Shown: positions 1-13,765, counted from the first letter of the stretch. The stretch: 64,000 nt of DNA from Glaucostegus cemiculus (GCA_976551045.1 CDPCPM010000103.1:11594001-11658000), one strand, 5' to 3'. Program-made: numbers and translations. Notes: generated by a model not told the origin, from the sequence alone.

Positions 1-289
1 CTCCAGCAGCACCACCACCAACAGGAACAGCAGGAACAGTAACAGCTTCCTCACTACAGACTTCCAGGAGAAAAAAGATCACCAGGCAGGTACAGAGCAC
101 AGGGTAATCTTTGTTGATGTGCATCATAAACAGCCTGCTGGAAGTGAACCTGGTGGGCACGCTTTATCATTGGCAAAGTTGCTAAAACTTTCTAAGATTG
201 TGCAGGGAATGCCTGTAGCACATGATAGTCAGCACACACAACTGCAAGCAACAGGAGACTGATGGCCTGTTTTCCAGAACAGATAAGAG

Positions 290-460
290 AAACAAAGGAC
301 TGCAGATGCTGGAATCTAGATGAAAAACACAATGATGCTGGAGGAAATCAGCAGGCCAGGCAGCATCTGTGGAGGAAGCAGGCGGTCAACGTTTTGGGTC
401 AGGACCCTTCTTTAGGACTGAAGATAGGAAAAGGGGAAGACCAATATATAGGGGGGAAAA
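290..460 (-). mobile_element. Penelope-like element terminal fragment with decayed hammerhead motif
   Basis: ctgcagatgctggaatc...cagcaggccaggcagcatc...gttttgggtcaggacccttctttaggactg. The same module ends the GIY-YIG-bearing copies elsewhere in the window. Confidence 0.65.
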
Positions 461-644
461 GTTCCAGAACAAATAATCGTGTACATTTTCCTGTGATGCC
501 ACCAGTTGGAATGCAATGGATTTGTCTTGATGTGCAGCTTATCACTGACACTACACGTGTGAAAAATAAGGCTCCAAGTCGCTCAGGGGTGTTTATAACC
601 ATAACATCTGCCACTTCACCTACAGATAGCTGTTTTTCAAATGC

Positions 645-1165
645 AAAAGGCCAAGTGTAAAGATGTTTTGCTGAAATATAGAGGGTCCTGGTGAGACCAC
701 AGCTGAAATATCGTGACTCCATCTGATGTCCATATCTCAGGAAGAATATCATTATTCTAGAGGGACATTCACCAGGTTGATTTCTGGGATGGGGATTTGT
801 TGTATGAGGAGAGAGTAAGCAGACTGGCCTTATACACTCTTGAGTTTAAAAGAATGAGGTGACCTCTTGTACAAAATTCATATGGGGCTTGACAGGGGTG
901 ATCCAAGTCTGATATTTCCCTTGCTTGCAGTGTCTAGAAACAGGATTAACAGTTTCCAAATAAGAAATCAACCATTTAGGTTGGAGGAGGGAAGAAATTT
1001 GTTTACCCAGAAGATGGTGAATCTTTGGAGTTCCCAAACCCAGGGGCTGTGGAGGCTCAGTCGCTGAGTACATTCAAGACCGGGATCAATAGAATTTTAG
1101 ATATGAAGGGAATCAAAAGATCTGGGGTTACTTCAGAAAGTGGCACCTAGGTAAAAGATCAGCCA
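645..1165 (+). mobile_element. CR1 LINE 3' fragment, degraded
   Basis: Remnants of LVRPQLKY, GDL..MYKI and RNLFTQKMVNLW, typical of the CR1 ORF2 C-terminus, followed by a 3' UTR (gatcagccatg). Confidence 0.75.
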
Positions 1166-1182
1166 TGGTTTTATTGAAAATC

Positions 1183-1835
1183 AAAAGAACTGCAGACGCT
1201 GGAAATCTGAAATAAAAATAGAAAATGCTGTAAATTCTCAGCAGATCAGGCAGCGGGTGTGGAAGGAGAAACAGAGTTAATGTTTCAGGTTGAAGGAGCA
1301 AAGCAAGTTAGTTTTAAGTTCCAGAGTGGATGGGGGTGAGAGGGGTGGATGGTACAAAGGGAATGCCTGTGATAGGGTGAGGCCAGGATTGTCATCATAA
1401 GCTATTGATGAAGTCATCCAGCTGATTAGGTTAATGAGGGAAGTTAGAGGGAGAGAATGCAAAGGTATGTGTAAAAGCTGTGAAGCTGTAGGAAAGTCTC
1501 AACAGAAGAAGACATGCCAATGGAGTGAGAAAAACTGAGGCAATATTTCAATTGGCCATTTCTGACAGAGGCAGGAGAAAGTGAGTTATTTGAAATTGTT
1601 GCATCTAATAACAAATCCAGCTGCAATGTGCCCAGATGGATGAAGTGCTATTCCTCAAACTTATGTTGGGCCTGATTATAAAATTGCAGAAGGTCATAGA
1701 GAAATAGATCATTGCGAGTGAGTTGGAGGACTAAAATGACAGGCAAATGGCAGCTCCACAATGTGTTTGGTTTCTCCAGTGTAGAGGAGACCACATTGTG
1801 AACTGTGAATGCAGTACACTAGAATGGAAGAACTG
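1183..1835 (-). mobile_element. Penelope-like retroelement fragment (GIY-YIG endonuclease remnant plus terminal repeat)
   Basis: The minus ORF 1709-1918 contains FICSSSILVYCIHSSQCGLLYTGETK, a PLE GIY-YIG motif. The terminal module lies at 1183-1290. Confidence 0.75.
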
Positions 1836-3699
1836 CAGATGAATTGTTTGGTCTTTTTCTCTTGAATTCTAAACCATTTCCAATCCTCAGGCTCGTAATT
1901 TTTTTCTGACATCTTCATATGATTCCTCTTTGGATTTAATACAATCCTTAATTTATTTGTTAGACATGGTTGAGTAGCTTTTCCATTTGTGCTTTTGCAT
2001 TAGAAAGTAATTTTTGTCTTTTGTCTGTTCCTATGTCAGCCATTGCCTATCTATCCTCATAACTCCCCAGTCTATCAGAACCAACTCACTCCTCATACCT
2101 TCGTAATTTCCTTTGTTTAAATTTAGGACCTAGTTTCATATTAAACTACTTGACTTTCTATCTTAATGAATAATTTTATCTTCCTTAAAGGACCATACAC
2201 AACAAAATTATTAACTAACCTTTTCTAATTGCATGGCACCAAAACCTTGTTCTTGGATTCTCAATATACTGGTCTCAAGACGTCACCCTGTACACGCTCC
2301 AGGAATTCATCCCCCATAGTATATTTTGCTGATTTGCTTTTGCCAGACTATATGTAGATTAAAGTCACCCATGGTTACTGTAATATCCATGTCATATGTG
2401 TCTCTAATTTCCTATTTAATACCTAGGACTCAGGTTATGTGGTTCTGGTGAATTTATCAACCTCCATTTCTTGTTGTTTTCTCCAATATGCTTTTATTAC
2501 TAACATTAATTTCTTATTTGTTTAATTTCTCTGTCATTTCCTTGATCCCTGTATAATTTCTTCTGTCTGGGGCTGTAATTGTTTCTGCTGATCTTTCCTT
2601 TTTTACATACCCATGATGGTTAAGCTCTGCTCTCAGCTTAACAGCAGTCAAAACTGTCAGCAGTTTAAATGTCAGTGAAAGTCATGGACATAAAGAAATT
2701 ATTAAAATATTACCAAAAACTTTTGAAGTTCTTAATTCTTTCAAATACAATTCAAAGTAAAGTGAAACAGCTAAAGGCAATACATTTAAATTACTTCATG
2801 TAAATCACTTCTCTCCAGCTGATTTTCTCCATTAAAGTGAATAGATCTGTTGGATGTGACATTTTAACCTGGTACAATTTCTGTTGGCAGCTTTCCCCAT
2901 CTAAGTGCTGGGAAATCTGTGGAAGATTACACTCTCCTGCTGGACTCCATGAGCAGAACTCAGTTGTCAAGTCAGCAGCAATTAGCTATGCAGAAGTTTG
3001 GGACTTCCGCCTTTGCCCTAAATCCTATAAGTCTGAACAGTTAAAAGCAGGCAGCTTCATCAGAACTGCTGGTTCAGAAATCCCAGGCCATTATCTGGCC
3101 ATATCATAATGCTCTTTGAGTGAACTCACAGAATGTGCAGTGACTGCAGCAACACCTACATCACAACAGCGACTGTACTTCCAAAAGATTCCTCACTGTA
3201 AAGTGCTTTGAGATGTCCTGGACCTTATTGTTTAGTGTATTTTGTTCATGCACTCCATGAGCTGCGTTTAAATCCTTTCAAACAGAATTTAATGGAGCAG
3301 TAGACCAACAACACCAGACAACATTAGGTGGCAAGACTGAAGCACTGATGAAGAAATCATAGCTTTGGGGTGTCAGGAGGTGAGTCACTCATCACAGGAT
3401 ACCCAGCCTCTGATCTACTTTTGTAGTCATGGTCTTTATGTGGCTGGTCCAGTTGAGTTTCTGGTCAATAGTGACCCCCAGAATGTTGATGGTGTGTGGT
3501 GGAGAAATCCTGGCCTAAGTTATGCCTGTTTCTTTGATTGGTACATCAAACAAATCCTGTTTCATCCTATTCAGGCCCCTGCCCTCAACTCTGTTTCCAT
3601 TAGATTCATGACTGTATCAATGTTGCTTCCTGCACTCAAATAGAACACAAACATTTCATGAATTTTGCTACCAATTTCTGCCTACTCTCATTTCCTAGT

Positions 3700-4780
3700 G
3701 GACCAAATCTGACTCTTCTCCCTTTCCTGACACTCTATCACCTTTCAGGTAATAGATTCACTACCAATATCAATTGTAGCCGCAGGCTCTCACACCTGTC
3801 TCAACTACACTCCCTCCCATCGTGCTTTCTGTAAGGATGCTGATCCATTCTTCCAGTTTTTCTACCTCCATTTTATCTACTCTGATGATGAAATTTCCCA
3901 CACCACTGCCTTTAAGATGCTTCCTTTTCTTTTTAGCTATAGCTTGCCCTCTAGCATGATTGACAGGGCTCTCAATGGCTCTCATCCCCTCCTAGAATGT
4001 GGACAGCATTCTCATTGGCCTTGCCTTCCACTGCACCATTCATCACATTCAACAAATCTTTAATTTTCACCAACTCCATTGGGATTTCACTGCCATATCT
4101 TCCCCTCCCCTCCACTTTCAGTGTTCTAAAGGGATCATTCCTTTCACAACCTCCTGGTCCACTTTTCCATTCTGCCAACAACCCTCTTCTCAAGGTACAT
4201 TGCAATGCAACCATGGGAGATGCAAAAACTGTCCTTTTACATCTATCCAGATATCCAAAGACCCCTTCCAAATAAGGAAGCAATTCACTGGCATTTCTTC
4301 CAATCAATTCTACTGCATTCAGTGCTCACAATGTGGTCTTCTCTACATCAGGGAAGCCAAGTTCAGAATGGATGACCACTTTGCAGAGCACCTGCATTCA
4401 GTTCGCAGTGGCGACCCTAAGCTTTCAGTTGTCTGTGCCTTTAATTCTCCATCCCGCTCCCACACTGACCTCTGTCTGTGGCCTCCTGCATTGTTCCAAT
4501 GATGCTCACTTCAAAACTGGGTATGTTCTATGCTGAATTCTAAAGTAATTGCTGCCTTCACAACTTTGGTCTGCACCCTGTCACAGACATTCCCTCTGTT
4601 CTCTCCATTGTCCTCTCTCTACAATTTAAAATATACCAGATTTCTCAATTCTCCAGTCTTGAAGGGGATTTAACTTGAAACGCTTACTTTGTTTCTCTGT
4701 CCACTGATGCTGGACAATCTGCTGGGTGCTCCCAGCATTCTCTGTTGTTGTTTCGCATTACTGGCATCAACAGGTTTTAG
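3700..4780 (+). mobile_element. Penelope-like retroelement, 3' portion, degraded
   Basis: ORF 3999-4502 contains CNHGRCKNCPF and FTGISSNQFYCIQCSQCGLLYIREAKFRMDDHFAEHL (Cys linker plus GIY-YIG). A terminal module with a decayed hammerhead follows at ~4655-4780. Confidence 0.85.
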
Positions 4781-5603
4781 CTCCAAATTTTGAAATGGCA
4801 CCTTGTTTGAGACCTCTTTAAACTTGAAGAAGCTGCTCTTGTACTTCCTTCTTACAAAGATAGTTTGTCATTGGATAAAATGGTTAGTTTAAACCCTCCC
4901 AACTGAACTTGAAACAAGCTACATACATTTGGAAATCATTTGGTAACAGGAATCACAAATACTCTTGAGGCATTCACTGGCTTTGGGACAAATTTTGAAT
5001 TCTGTGGCCAAAGCTCAGATGAGTGACAACATCACAAGCCCTCATAACTCTAATATCAAAAAGGCTGCATCACAAGAACAGATTTTCCAATTTACCTCAC
5101 TTTAATGCTCACCTTAACCTCAGGTCTTGTGAAACAATCAAAAAAGACTTTCAGATCCCAAAACTCAGAATTAACAGAAGATGAAACTGAACTCTTTGCC
5201 ACATCAAGTCTGATGAAAAACTAATCAAAGAAATGGTGAAATCATAGACATGAGTGAGTAAAAATGAGGAAAAGAAAAGGCTTATATTCAATATTTGTCT
5301 ATTGTATCCATATTTCAAAACCTCAGGATATCTCCAACCACTTTACACCCAAGTGAATGCTTTTCAAAGTGAAATTCACCCAAAGGCATAGAAAGCCTTG
5401 GTATTTCTTGGAATTGCTTGTATGAACACTTACTGGAATCATGCTTCATTTGCATTTCACTGCTCTGCATCCACCCACTTTGACGGTATTCCAAACATTC
5501 TCCAGAAAAGTTTTTTTTTCCCTATTCTTCCTTTGTCGTTCTTTGAGGTTAACGTTCAATGGGATTTGCAAGTTAAATTATGCACAGCAACAATGACTGT
5601 TAT

Positions 5604-8600
5604 ATAGAACATAGAACAGTACAGCGCAAAAACATGCCCTTTGGCCCACAATGTTGTTCCAGACTAGTTAAACTAGTAATTAAATGCTGAACTAAACTAA
5701 TCCCTTCTGTCTACACAATATCCATATCCCTCCATTCTCTGTACATTCATGTGCCTCCACTATTACCCCTGGTGGTCCATTCCAGGTACCCACCACTCTC
5801 TGTGGAAAAAACTTGCCCCGCACATCTCCTTTGAACTTTTCCCCTCTCACCTCAAATGCACATTCTCTAGTATTAGACATTTTGACCCTGGTTAAAAGAT
5901 ACTGGCTGCCTACTTTACCTATGCCCCTCATAATCTTATAAACTTCCATCAGGTCTCCCTCAGCCTCCACCACTTCAGAGAAAACAACCTAAGTTTGTCC
6001 AACCTCTCCTCATTCTACATGCCCTCTAATCCAGGCAGCATCCACGTAAACATCTTCTACATCCTTTTAAAGCCTTCACATCCTTCCTTTAATGGGGTGA
6101 CCAGAATTGAATGCAATACTCCAGATGCGGCCTGACCAGTTTTATAAAGCTGCAATGTAACTTCCCAACTCTTGAACTCAAAGCCTCGACTAAAAAAGGC
6201 AAGCATGCCATACACTTTTGTTACCACCCTATCAACCTGTGCAGCTGCTTTCAGGGAGCTATGGACTCGGCCCCAAGATCCCTCTGTACATCATCACTGT
6301 TAAGGGTCTTGCCATTAACAGTGTACTGTCCTTTTACATTTGAATTCCCAAAGTGCAACACCTCACATGTAGCTGGATTAAACTCCATCAGTCATTTCTT
6401 TGCCCATGTCTACAACTGATCTATATCCCGCTATATCCTTTGGCAATCTTCTATGCTATCCACAACACCACCAATCTTTGCATCGTCTGCAAACTTACTA
6501 ACTCACCCATCCACATTTTCATCCAGGTCATTTATATATGTCATAAACAGCAGAGATCCCAGTACAGATCCCTGCAGAACACCACTAGTCACAGATCTCC
6601 AGCCAGAATAAGTCCCATTGACCACTACCCCCTGTCTTCTATGGACAATCCAATTCTGAATCCAAATTGCCAAGTCACCATGGATCCCATGCATCTTAAT
6701 CTTCTGGATGAGCCTACCATGAGGGAACTTGTCAAACACCTTACTAAAATCCATGTAGACACCATCCACAGCTCTATCTTCATCAATTACCTTCGTCACC
6801 TCCTCAAAAAACTCTATCAAGTTAGTAAGACATGACTTACCCCACACAAAGCCATGCTGACTGACTGTCCCAAATTAGTCCAGGGTTTTCCAAATGCACA
6901 TAAATCCTGTCCTTAAGAATCCTCTCCAATAGCTTCTACTCACTGGTCTATAGTTTCCAGAATTATCCCTATTTGCCTTCTTGAATAACGGAATAACATT
7001 TAGCTACTCTCCAGTCCTCTGGGACCTCGCCTGTAGCTAGTGAGGGCACAAAGATCTTGGTCAAGGACCCAGCAATCTCATCTCTTGCTTCTCTCAATAA
7101 CCTGGGGTACATCCCATCAGGCTTGGAGACTTATCCATCTTAATGTTCTTTAAGAGACCCAAAACTACTTCTTTCTTTACCTCAAAATGCCCTAGCATAT
7201 TAGCATGCTCCACACTGATCTCAGTCTCCTCCACGTCCTTCTCCTTGGTAAATTGCAATGCAAAGAACTCCTTTAGGACCTCGCCCATATTCTCCATGCC
7301 AAGCACATGTTCCCTCCTTTAGCTGCGGGTGGTCCTAGCCTCTCTTCAGTTATCCTCTTGCTCTTGTTGTATAGATAGAAAGACTTGGGATTCTCTTTAA
7401 TTTTACTTGCCAAAAACTTTTCATGGTCCCTCCTGGCTCACCTAATTTCCTTTTTGAGTACTTTTCCTGTTTCTTTATAATCCCCAAGGGCTCCAATTGA
7501 TTTTACTTTCCTAACCTTTACATACGTTTCCTTTTTCTTCTTGACTAAGTTCATCACCTCTCTCAACATTTAAGGTTCCCTAACCTTGCCTTCTTACTGG
7601 TCCAGTTGGTCCATAAACACCTTCAACATGTCAGATGTGGAATTGCCCAAAAACAGCTGTTCCCAGTTAGCTCTACCTAGTTTCTGCCTAATATTCTTAT
7701 AATCTGTCTTGCTCCAATTTAATACTTTCCTGCAAGGTCCATACTTATCCTTATTTATTGCTATCTTCAAACTTCAGGAGTTGTGGTCATTGTTCTCCCA
7801 CTGAAAGGTCAGTCACCTGGTCCAGTATGGCCTCTCCTCTCATTGGACTATCTACATACTGATTTAAGAAACCCTCCTGGATACACCTAACAAATTCTGT
7901 CCTGTCTAAACCTCTTGCACTACAGAGGTCTCAGTCTATATTGAGGAAGTTGAAGTCACGCACAACATCAACCCTGTTGTTTTTACACCTTTCCCTGATC
8001 AGTTCCTCAATGTCCTGGTGGCTATTGTGAGGTCTGTAGTACAATCTCATCAGAGTGATTGCACCTTTCTTATATTTGAGTTCTACCCCTGAAGACTCAG
8101 TGGATGAGCCCTCCATTATGTCCCATCTGCATGTAGCAGTGATAGTGTCCCTGATTAATAGTGCAACTCCCCCCACCCCTTTTACCTCCATCCTCTTTTA
8201 CCACCATCGAGGACATTTTCAAGAGGCGGTGCCTCAAGAAGGCAGCATCTATCATTAAGGACCCTCACCATCCAGGACACATCCTCTTCTCATTAGTACC
8301 ATTAGGGAGGTGGTACAGGAGCCTGAAGACCCACACTCAACGATTCAGGAACAACTTCTTCCCCTCTGCCCTCGGATTTCCAAGCAGTCCATGAACCCCC
8401 GAACACTACCTCATTATTCCTTTTTTTTTGCACTGTTTATTTTGTAATTTATAAATTTTGTCTTTCCACTGTACTGCTGCTGCAAAACAGCAAATGTCAC
8501 CTCATATGTCAGTGATAATAAATCTGATTCTGATTCCTGCTCTATTTTTTCTAAAACATCGAAACCCTGAAACATTAAGCATCCAGTCCAGTCCCTCTCT

Positions 8601-8895
8601 CAACCATGTCCCTGTAATGGCCTCAACATCAGAGGTCCATGTACTGATCCATGCTCTAAGTTCATCACCCTTGCCCTTAATACTCCTAGCACTGAAATAA
8701 ACACACTTCAACCCATCCATCCCATCATGTCTATTACTGTGCTCTTGCCGGTTCTTCCTTACAGACTTACTGGTCATAGACTCTACCTTCCTCTTAATCC
8801 CTCCATTTTCTAACCTGGTGCTCTGCTTCCCATTCCCCTGCCAAACTAGTTTGAACCCTTCCCAGTAGCACTAGTGAACCTCCGAGCCAGGATGT
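5604..8895 (-). mobile_element. CR1 LINE (endonuclease plus RT remnants), interrupted by a Rex1 fragment
   Basis: Minus ORFs contain [51 protein letters not shown] and AITGTWL. The 3' end has a (ttctatg)n-type tail at ~5604. Confidence 0.9.
8200..8537 (+). mobile_element. Rex1/Babar LINE 3' fragment nested in CR1
   Basis: Encodes RCLKKAASIIKDPHHPGHILFSLVPLGRWYRSLKTHTQRFRNNFFP. It ends aataaatctgattctgattc, and CR1 sequence resumes afterwards. Confidence 0.85.
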
Positions 8896-9109
8896 AGAAC
8901 GAGCACTCAGAAATTCCACAGCAGAGTGTATTTGTTCTGTGCTCTTCTTGACATGGGTAAACTCACTTATATTTGAGACAATATTTGTGATACAGTGGCT
9001 AAATGGATTACTTGATGTAATATTAAGTGTTCCCAACTAGGATGACAATGACGAGAGGGTTCAGTTTACTTTGATGGTCTTGCACTGTGAAAGGATAAAC
9101 CAGCAAGAA

Positions 9110-9500
9110 CACAAGAAACTAGGAGAAGGAATATGCTACCAGGTCTCACAAGCCTGCCTCATCTTTCAATATGATCATGGATGATTTGTGCCGGCCTCAA
9201 CTCCTCTTCTGTGCCAGTTCCCCATAACCCTCAATTCCTCGATCTTTCAAATATTTATCTAGCTCCACCTTAAACATATCTGACAACCTGGCCTCCACCA
9301 CCCTCTGAGACAGAAATTCCAGAGATGTCACTGCCCTCTAAGGAAAGAAATTTCTACGCACCTTAGTTCTAAATGACCAGCCCCTTATTCTGTAGCTACT
9401 TCACATCTACTCTGTCAAGCCCCTTTTGGACCTTATATGTTTGAATAAGATCTTCTAAACTCGTTCTTCTAAACTCCAAGGAATATGGACCCAGCTAGTA
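9110..9500 (-). mobile_element. CR1 LINE 3' fragment
   Basis: Reverse CR1 3' UTR motifs (atgatcatggatgat, cccttattct) and ORF2-end remnants. Confidence 0.6.
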
Positions 9501-10212
9501 CCTGATCATTATCTACATGTGGTTTGGAGGGATGAATGGGTTCAGCTGTGTTAGCCTCTGAGATAAATAAAAGCATTGACAGTTTAAGTTCATGAAGAAG
9601 GATCAGCATGCGCATAATGTACTGATTGCAATGCCATTGCATTGTTGGAAAGAGATATTGATTTGATAAATATAAGGGAAGTCATGAGATTAGTGCTGGT
9701 AGATCTTTTTTCTATAAAATGCTTTCATTTTCCTACCAGTTTTGTGCTTGTGCCGGAAGGTTTGCAGTTTGAATCAATATAAAAGTTGCAGCATAGAGCA
9801 AGGCTCAGAACAGTGAAATGACTCATCAGGCTGAAATGAACAACTTAATTCAGCTGAGACAACCACTAGTGGGCACTCTCCCACATCAGTTGAATTCCAA
9901 CTCCAGTTTAATAAAATATCCACCTGACCTGTTGGGCATTCTGGAAACTTTTAAAATTTAATTAGAAATCATTTCAATGTTATATGTGAAGGAATGTTGC
10001 AGATGGTGTTGTTAAAGTTAACTGATCAGTAGCTAAACCACATGTGCAAACATTAATATTAATTATCTTCATGATTAGGAGAATGCAGTCTACATACGAT
10101 GAAGTCTACTGTGTAACTTAGGACTAGCTAAGCAAAGCACTGTGCAAATTATGTCCTCAGTTTGATATCAACTTTATAAGAGCAACCAAAAATATTTAAT
10201 AATACCATAATT

Positions 10213-10515
10213 CTTTTCCCCAGGGTAGGGGAGTCCAAAACTAGAGGGCACAGGTTTAAGCTGAGATGGGAAAGGTTTAAAAGGGACCTGAGTGACAACT
10301 TCTTCACACAGAGGGTAGTGGGTATATGGAATGAGCTGCCAGAGGAAGAGGCGGGTACAGTTACAAGATTTAAAAGGCACCTGGATAGTTACAGGGATAG
10401 GAAAGGTTTAGAAAGACATGTGCTAAGCGCGGGCAAATGGGAGTTAGGCAACTTAGTTGGCATGGACAAGTTGGGTCAAAGGGGCTGATTCTGTGCTGTA
10501 TGGCTCTATGACTCT
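10213..10515 (+). mobile_element. CR1 LINE 3' end
   Basis: aactagagggcacaggtttaag...aacttcttcacacagagggtagtg...gggtcaaaggggctgattctgtgctgta, then a ctctatgactct tail. Confidence 0.85.
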
Positions 10516-10529
10516 CTGGCTCCTTAACT

Positions 10530-13030
10530 CTATTGCAGCCACTGCTGGCAGTGGAGGGAAGGAAGGTTTGGTGTGATGGAAGGAGTGGCAGTGAAGTTTG
10601 TTCCTTTGTCCTAGATAGTGCTGAGCTTCTGAGCATTGTTGGTGCTGCACTCAATCAAGCAAGTCGAGGGTATTCCACATTCTTGACTCGTACTTTATAG
10701 ATGATGGAAAGGTATAGGGGTGTCAGGAAGTGAGTTATCAATCCTTAGATAACCAGCCTCTGTCCTCCACTTGATAGCTGTTCCACTTGAGTTTCTGGTC
10801 AATGGCAATCCCCGCTATGTTAACGTCAGAGGATTCAGTGATGGTGATGCCATTGAAAGTCAAAGATGGGTGGTTAGACGCTCTCTTATTGGAGATGACA
10901 TAATGTGGCAATTTGTTTCATGAAAGTTATTTACCACTTATCAACCCATATCTGAATGATGTCTTGGTCTTATTGCATACGGGGTGGATTGCTATATTTG
11001 CTGAGGAGCTGCAAAGAGAATTGAACATTGTACAATCATCAACAAACATCTCTACTTTTGGATAAAGGTCATTGCTGAACCAGCTGAAGATGGTTGGGCC
11101 TAGGCCACTCTTTCTGACGAATTCCTGTGTGATATTGTGGGGCTGTGATGATTGACCTCCAACAACCATCTTCCTTCCTGTGAGACTCGACAGACTGCAG
11201 ATGCTGGAACCTGGAGTAACAAACAAACTGCTGGAGGGACTCAGCGGGCTGAGCAGCATCTGTGGAGGGAAAGGAACTTCCGTCATTTTAGGTCAAGAGC
11301 ATGCATCAGGGTTCCTGTATCTATGGATCCCATATGGGCAGTACTGTAGCGTAGCGGTTAGCGTGATGCTATTACGGAGCCAGCGATCAGGGTTCAATTC
11401 CTGCTGCTGCCTGTAAGGAGATTGTATGTTCTCCCCGTGTCTGTGTGGGTTTCCTCTGAGTGCTCCAGTTTCCTCCCACATTCCAAAGACATACGGGTAG
11501 GTTGGCATGGGTTTGGGTGGGCGGCGTGGCTTCGTTGGGCTGCAAGGGCCTGTTGCCATGCTGTATATAAATAAAGATACTGCTCGATCTGCTGAGTTCC
11601 TCCTGCAGATTGTTTGTTGTTCCTCTGTGTGAGGTATGACTCCAGCCATTGCAGTGTTTTTCTTTTGTCTTCAGTTTCCTAGGGCACCTTGATGCTTCTG
11701 TCAAATTTGCCAAAAAACACTTGGCCAAATACTCCCTTAATACCAAAGGCAGTCATCCTCACCTTGCCTCTAGAATTGTTTGGACCTTGGCTGTGAAGCG
11801 GTCCGAAGCCAAGTGGTCGTGATAAATCTCAACATGAGCATGGTTGAGCAGTTTCTAGGTGAGTTAGTGCTATTTGGCACCTTCTGCCACTCTGCTGATA
11901 ATTGTAAACAGATTAATTAGGCAGTAATTATCATGATTGGCTTTGTCCTGCTTTTTGTGAATTGGACATATGTGAGCAATTTTCCAAATTGTTGGGTACA
12001 TACCAACATTACACCTGTGAATGGAACAGTTTGGCTAGTGTTGTGGCAGGTTCTAGGGTGCAGGTCTTCAGTTCTACAAGTCAGAATGTTGTCTGGTCCC
12101 TTAGCCTTTACTGCATCCAGAACTGTCAGCAGTTTCTTAATGTCACGTGGGATGAATTGAATTGGCTAAAAACTGTGAAGGAGGAAGCCATAGCAGATCA
12201 TCACTTCACTCTGAACATGATTGCAAATGATTCAGCCTCATTGGTAGCACTCACATCTGAGCCCTGCCTTAGTTGACCATGGGATGTTCTTGGAGCCTCC
12301 TCCCCTTCCCATTAGTTATTTAACTGTCCATTGTCATTTAGGACTCAAAGTAGCAGGACTGCAGGTGGTTTAATCTGATATATTAGTTGAGGAATTGCTT
12401 TGCTTTGTCCATTGCAGGCTGCCTAACTTGTGCTTAGGCTTGTTTTGCAGCTCTTTTTGACATCTCATTTTTAGGCACATCTGGTGTTACTCCAGTTGAT
12501 TACCTGCTTTGGAATAATGGTGAATGAGGTTACAGATTTGGTGGGATACACTTTTGCTGCTGCAGATGATCCAGTGCTGCATGGGTCCCTAGGTTTGAGC
12601 TGCTAGATCTGTTGATCCCATTTAGCATGACAAAGTGCCACACAAGATGATGGAGGGTGTTCTCAGTATGAAGATGGAACATTGACTCCATGAGTGTGCA
12701 GTCATCTGGAGCAGATAGAATGCTGAGAAGTTCATTCTCATGCTGGTTCACAGATTTAGGACTTGGCTAGTCTTGGTGATGGACACTCTGTACTGTTGCT
12801 ATCTTCAGTGCTTCTTCCAGGTGGAGCTTCACTGCAGGGGGTGACAATTGGTGACAATCTGGGAGAGGTTTCCTTGTCCATGTTTGACCTAAATACATGA
12901 GACTAAATGGGACTTGGAAAGATCATTAGGAAATCCCATGCCTGTTCCCTCCTGTCTGTCACTCACCTCAGTGAGACAGAACATATGCAGGGTTTGTGAT
13001 ATATCATGTGTAAAGTATGATTCTATGAAT
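10530..13030 (-). mobile_element. Old CR1/L2-clade LINE remnant with younger insertions
   Basis: Minus ORF 10927-11286 contains SGLGPTIFSWFSNDL..MFVDDCTMF, a decayed RT PQG/YADD region. A related piece lies at ~3330-3495. Confidence 0.55.
11337..11575 (+). mobile_element. tRNA-derived V-SINE with CR1-type tail
   Basis: A box (gtagcgtagcggttagc), B box (gggttcaattcc), V-domain (gtgggtttcctctgagtgctccagtttcctcccaca), tail aagggcctgttgccatgctgta followed by taaataaa. Confidence 0.85.
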
Positions 13031-13049
13031 TCAACTATACAAATCTGTC

Positions 13050-13765
13050 ATAAGAAAATAAGATATAGGGACAGGAGTAGGCCAATTGGCTTCTCAAGCA
13101 TGCTCTACCAGGGCTGATCTTTAACCTCAATGTCATTTTCCTGACCTATCCCCAACATCTAGCAATTGATTGAACTCCACTTTGAATGCAATTAATGACC
13201 AAAACCCCACAGCCCCCTGGATGGACAAATTCAAAGATTTACCATGCTTTGAGTGAAGAAATTTCAGTCCTTAAGAATCTACTCCTCACTTTGAGGGTAT
13301 GATCCTTGGTTCCAGCCAAGGGAAAGAATCTCCCAATATATGCAGGTTTAACTTGGACATGTATGAGGTGATGCATTTTGGGAGGCTAAATGCAAAAGGA
13401 AAAAGGCTTACAGTAAATGGCAGGACCCTGAGGAGCATTGATGTACAGAGGGATCTTGGGGTGCAAGTCCATAGTTCCCTGAAAGCAGCAACTTAAGTGG
13501 ATAGGCTGGTAAATAAAGCATACGGCATACTTGCCTTCATCAGTCAGGGTGCTGAGTATAAAAGTAGGAAAAACATTGCACTTGTAAAAAAAACCTCTGG
13601 TTCGACCACATTTTGGAGTTTTGTGTGCAGTTCTAGTTGCCACACTATAGGAAGGATGTGGAAGATTTGGAGGGGGTGCAGAAGATGATTACCAGGATGT
13701 TGCCTGGATTGGAGTTATAAGGAGAGGTTGAATAAACTTGGATTGCTTTCTCTGGAGCATCTGAG
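13050..13765. mobile_element. CR1 fragments: a minus 3' end (~13050-13330) joined to a plus ORF2 piece (~13335-13765)
   Basis: Plus-strand RFNLDMYEVMHFGR..QRDLGVQVHSSLK, with a reverse CR1 3' UTR upstream. Confidence 0.7.

Noticed and set aside
1-60. Short cag/cac/caggaa repeats
   Set aside because: Low-complexity sequence at the window edge, with no splice or homology support for an exon.
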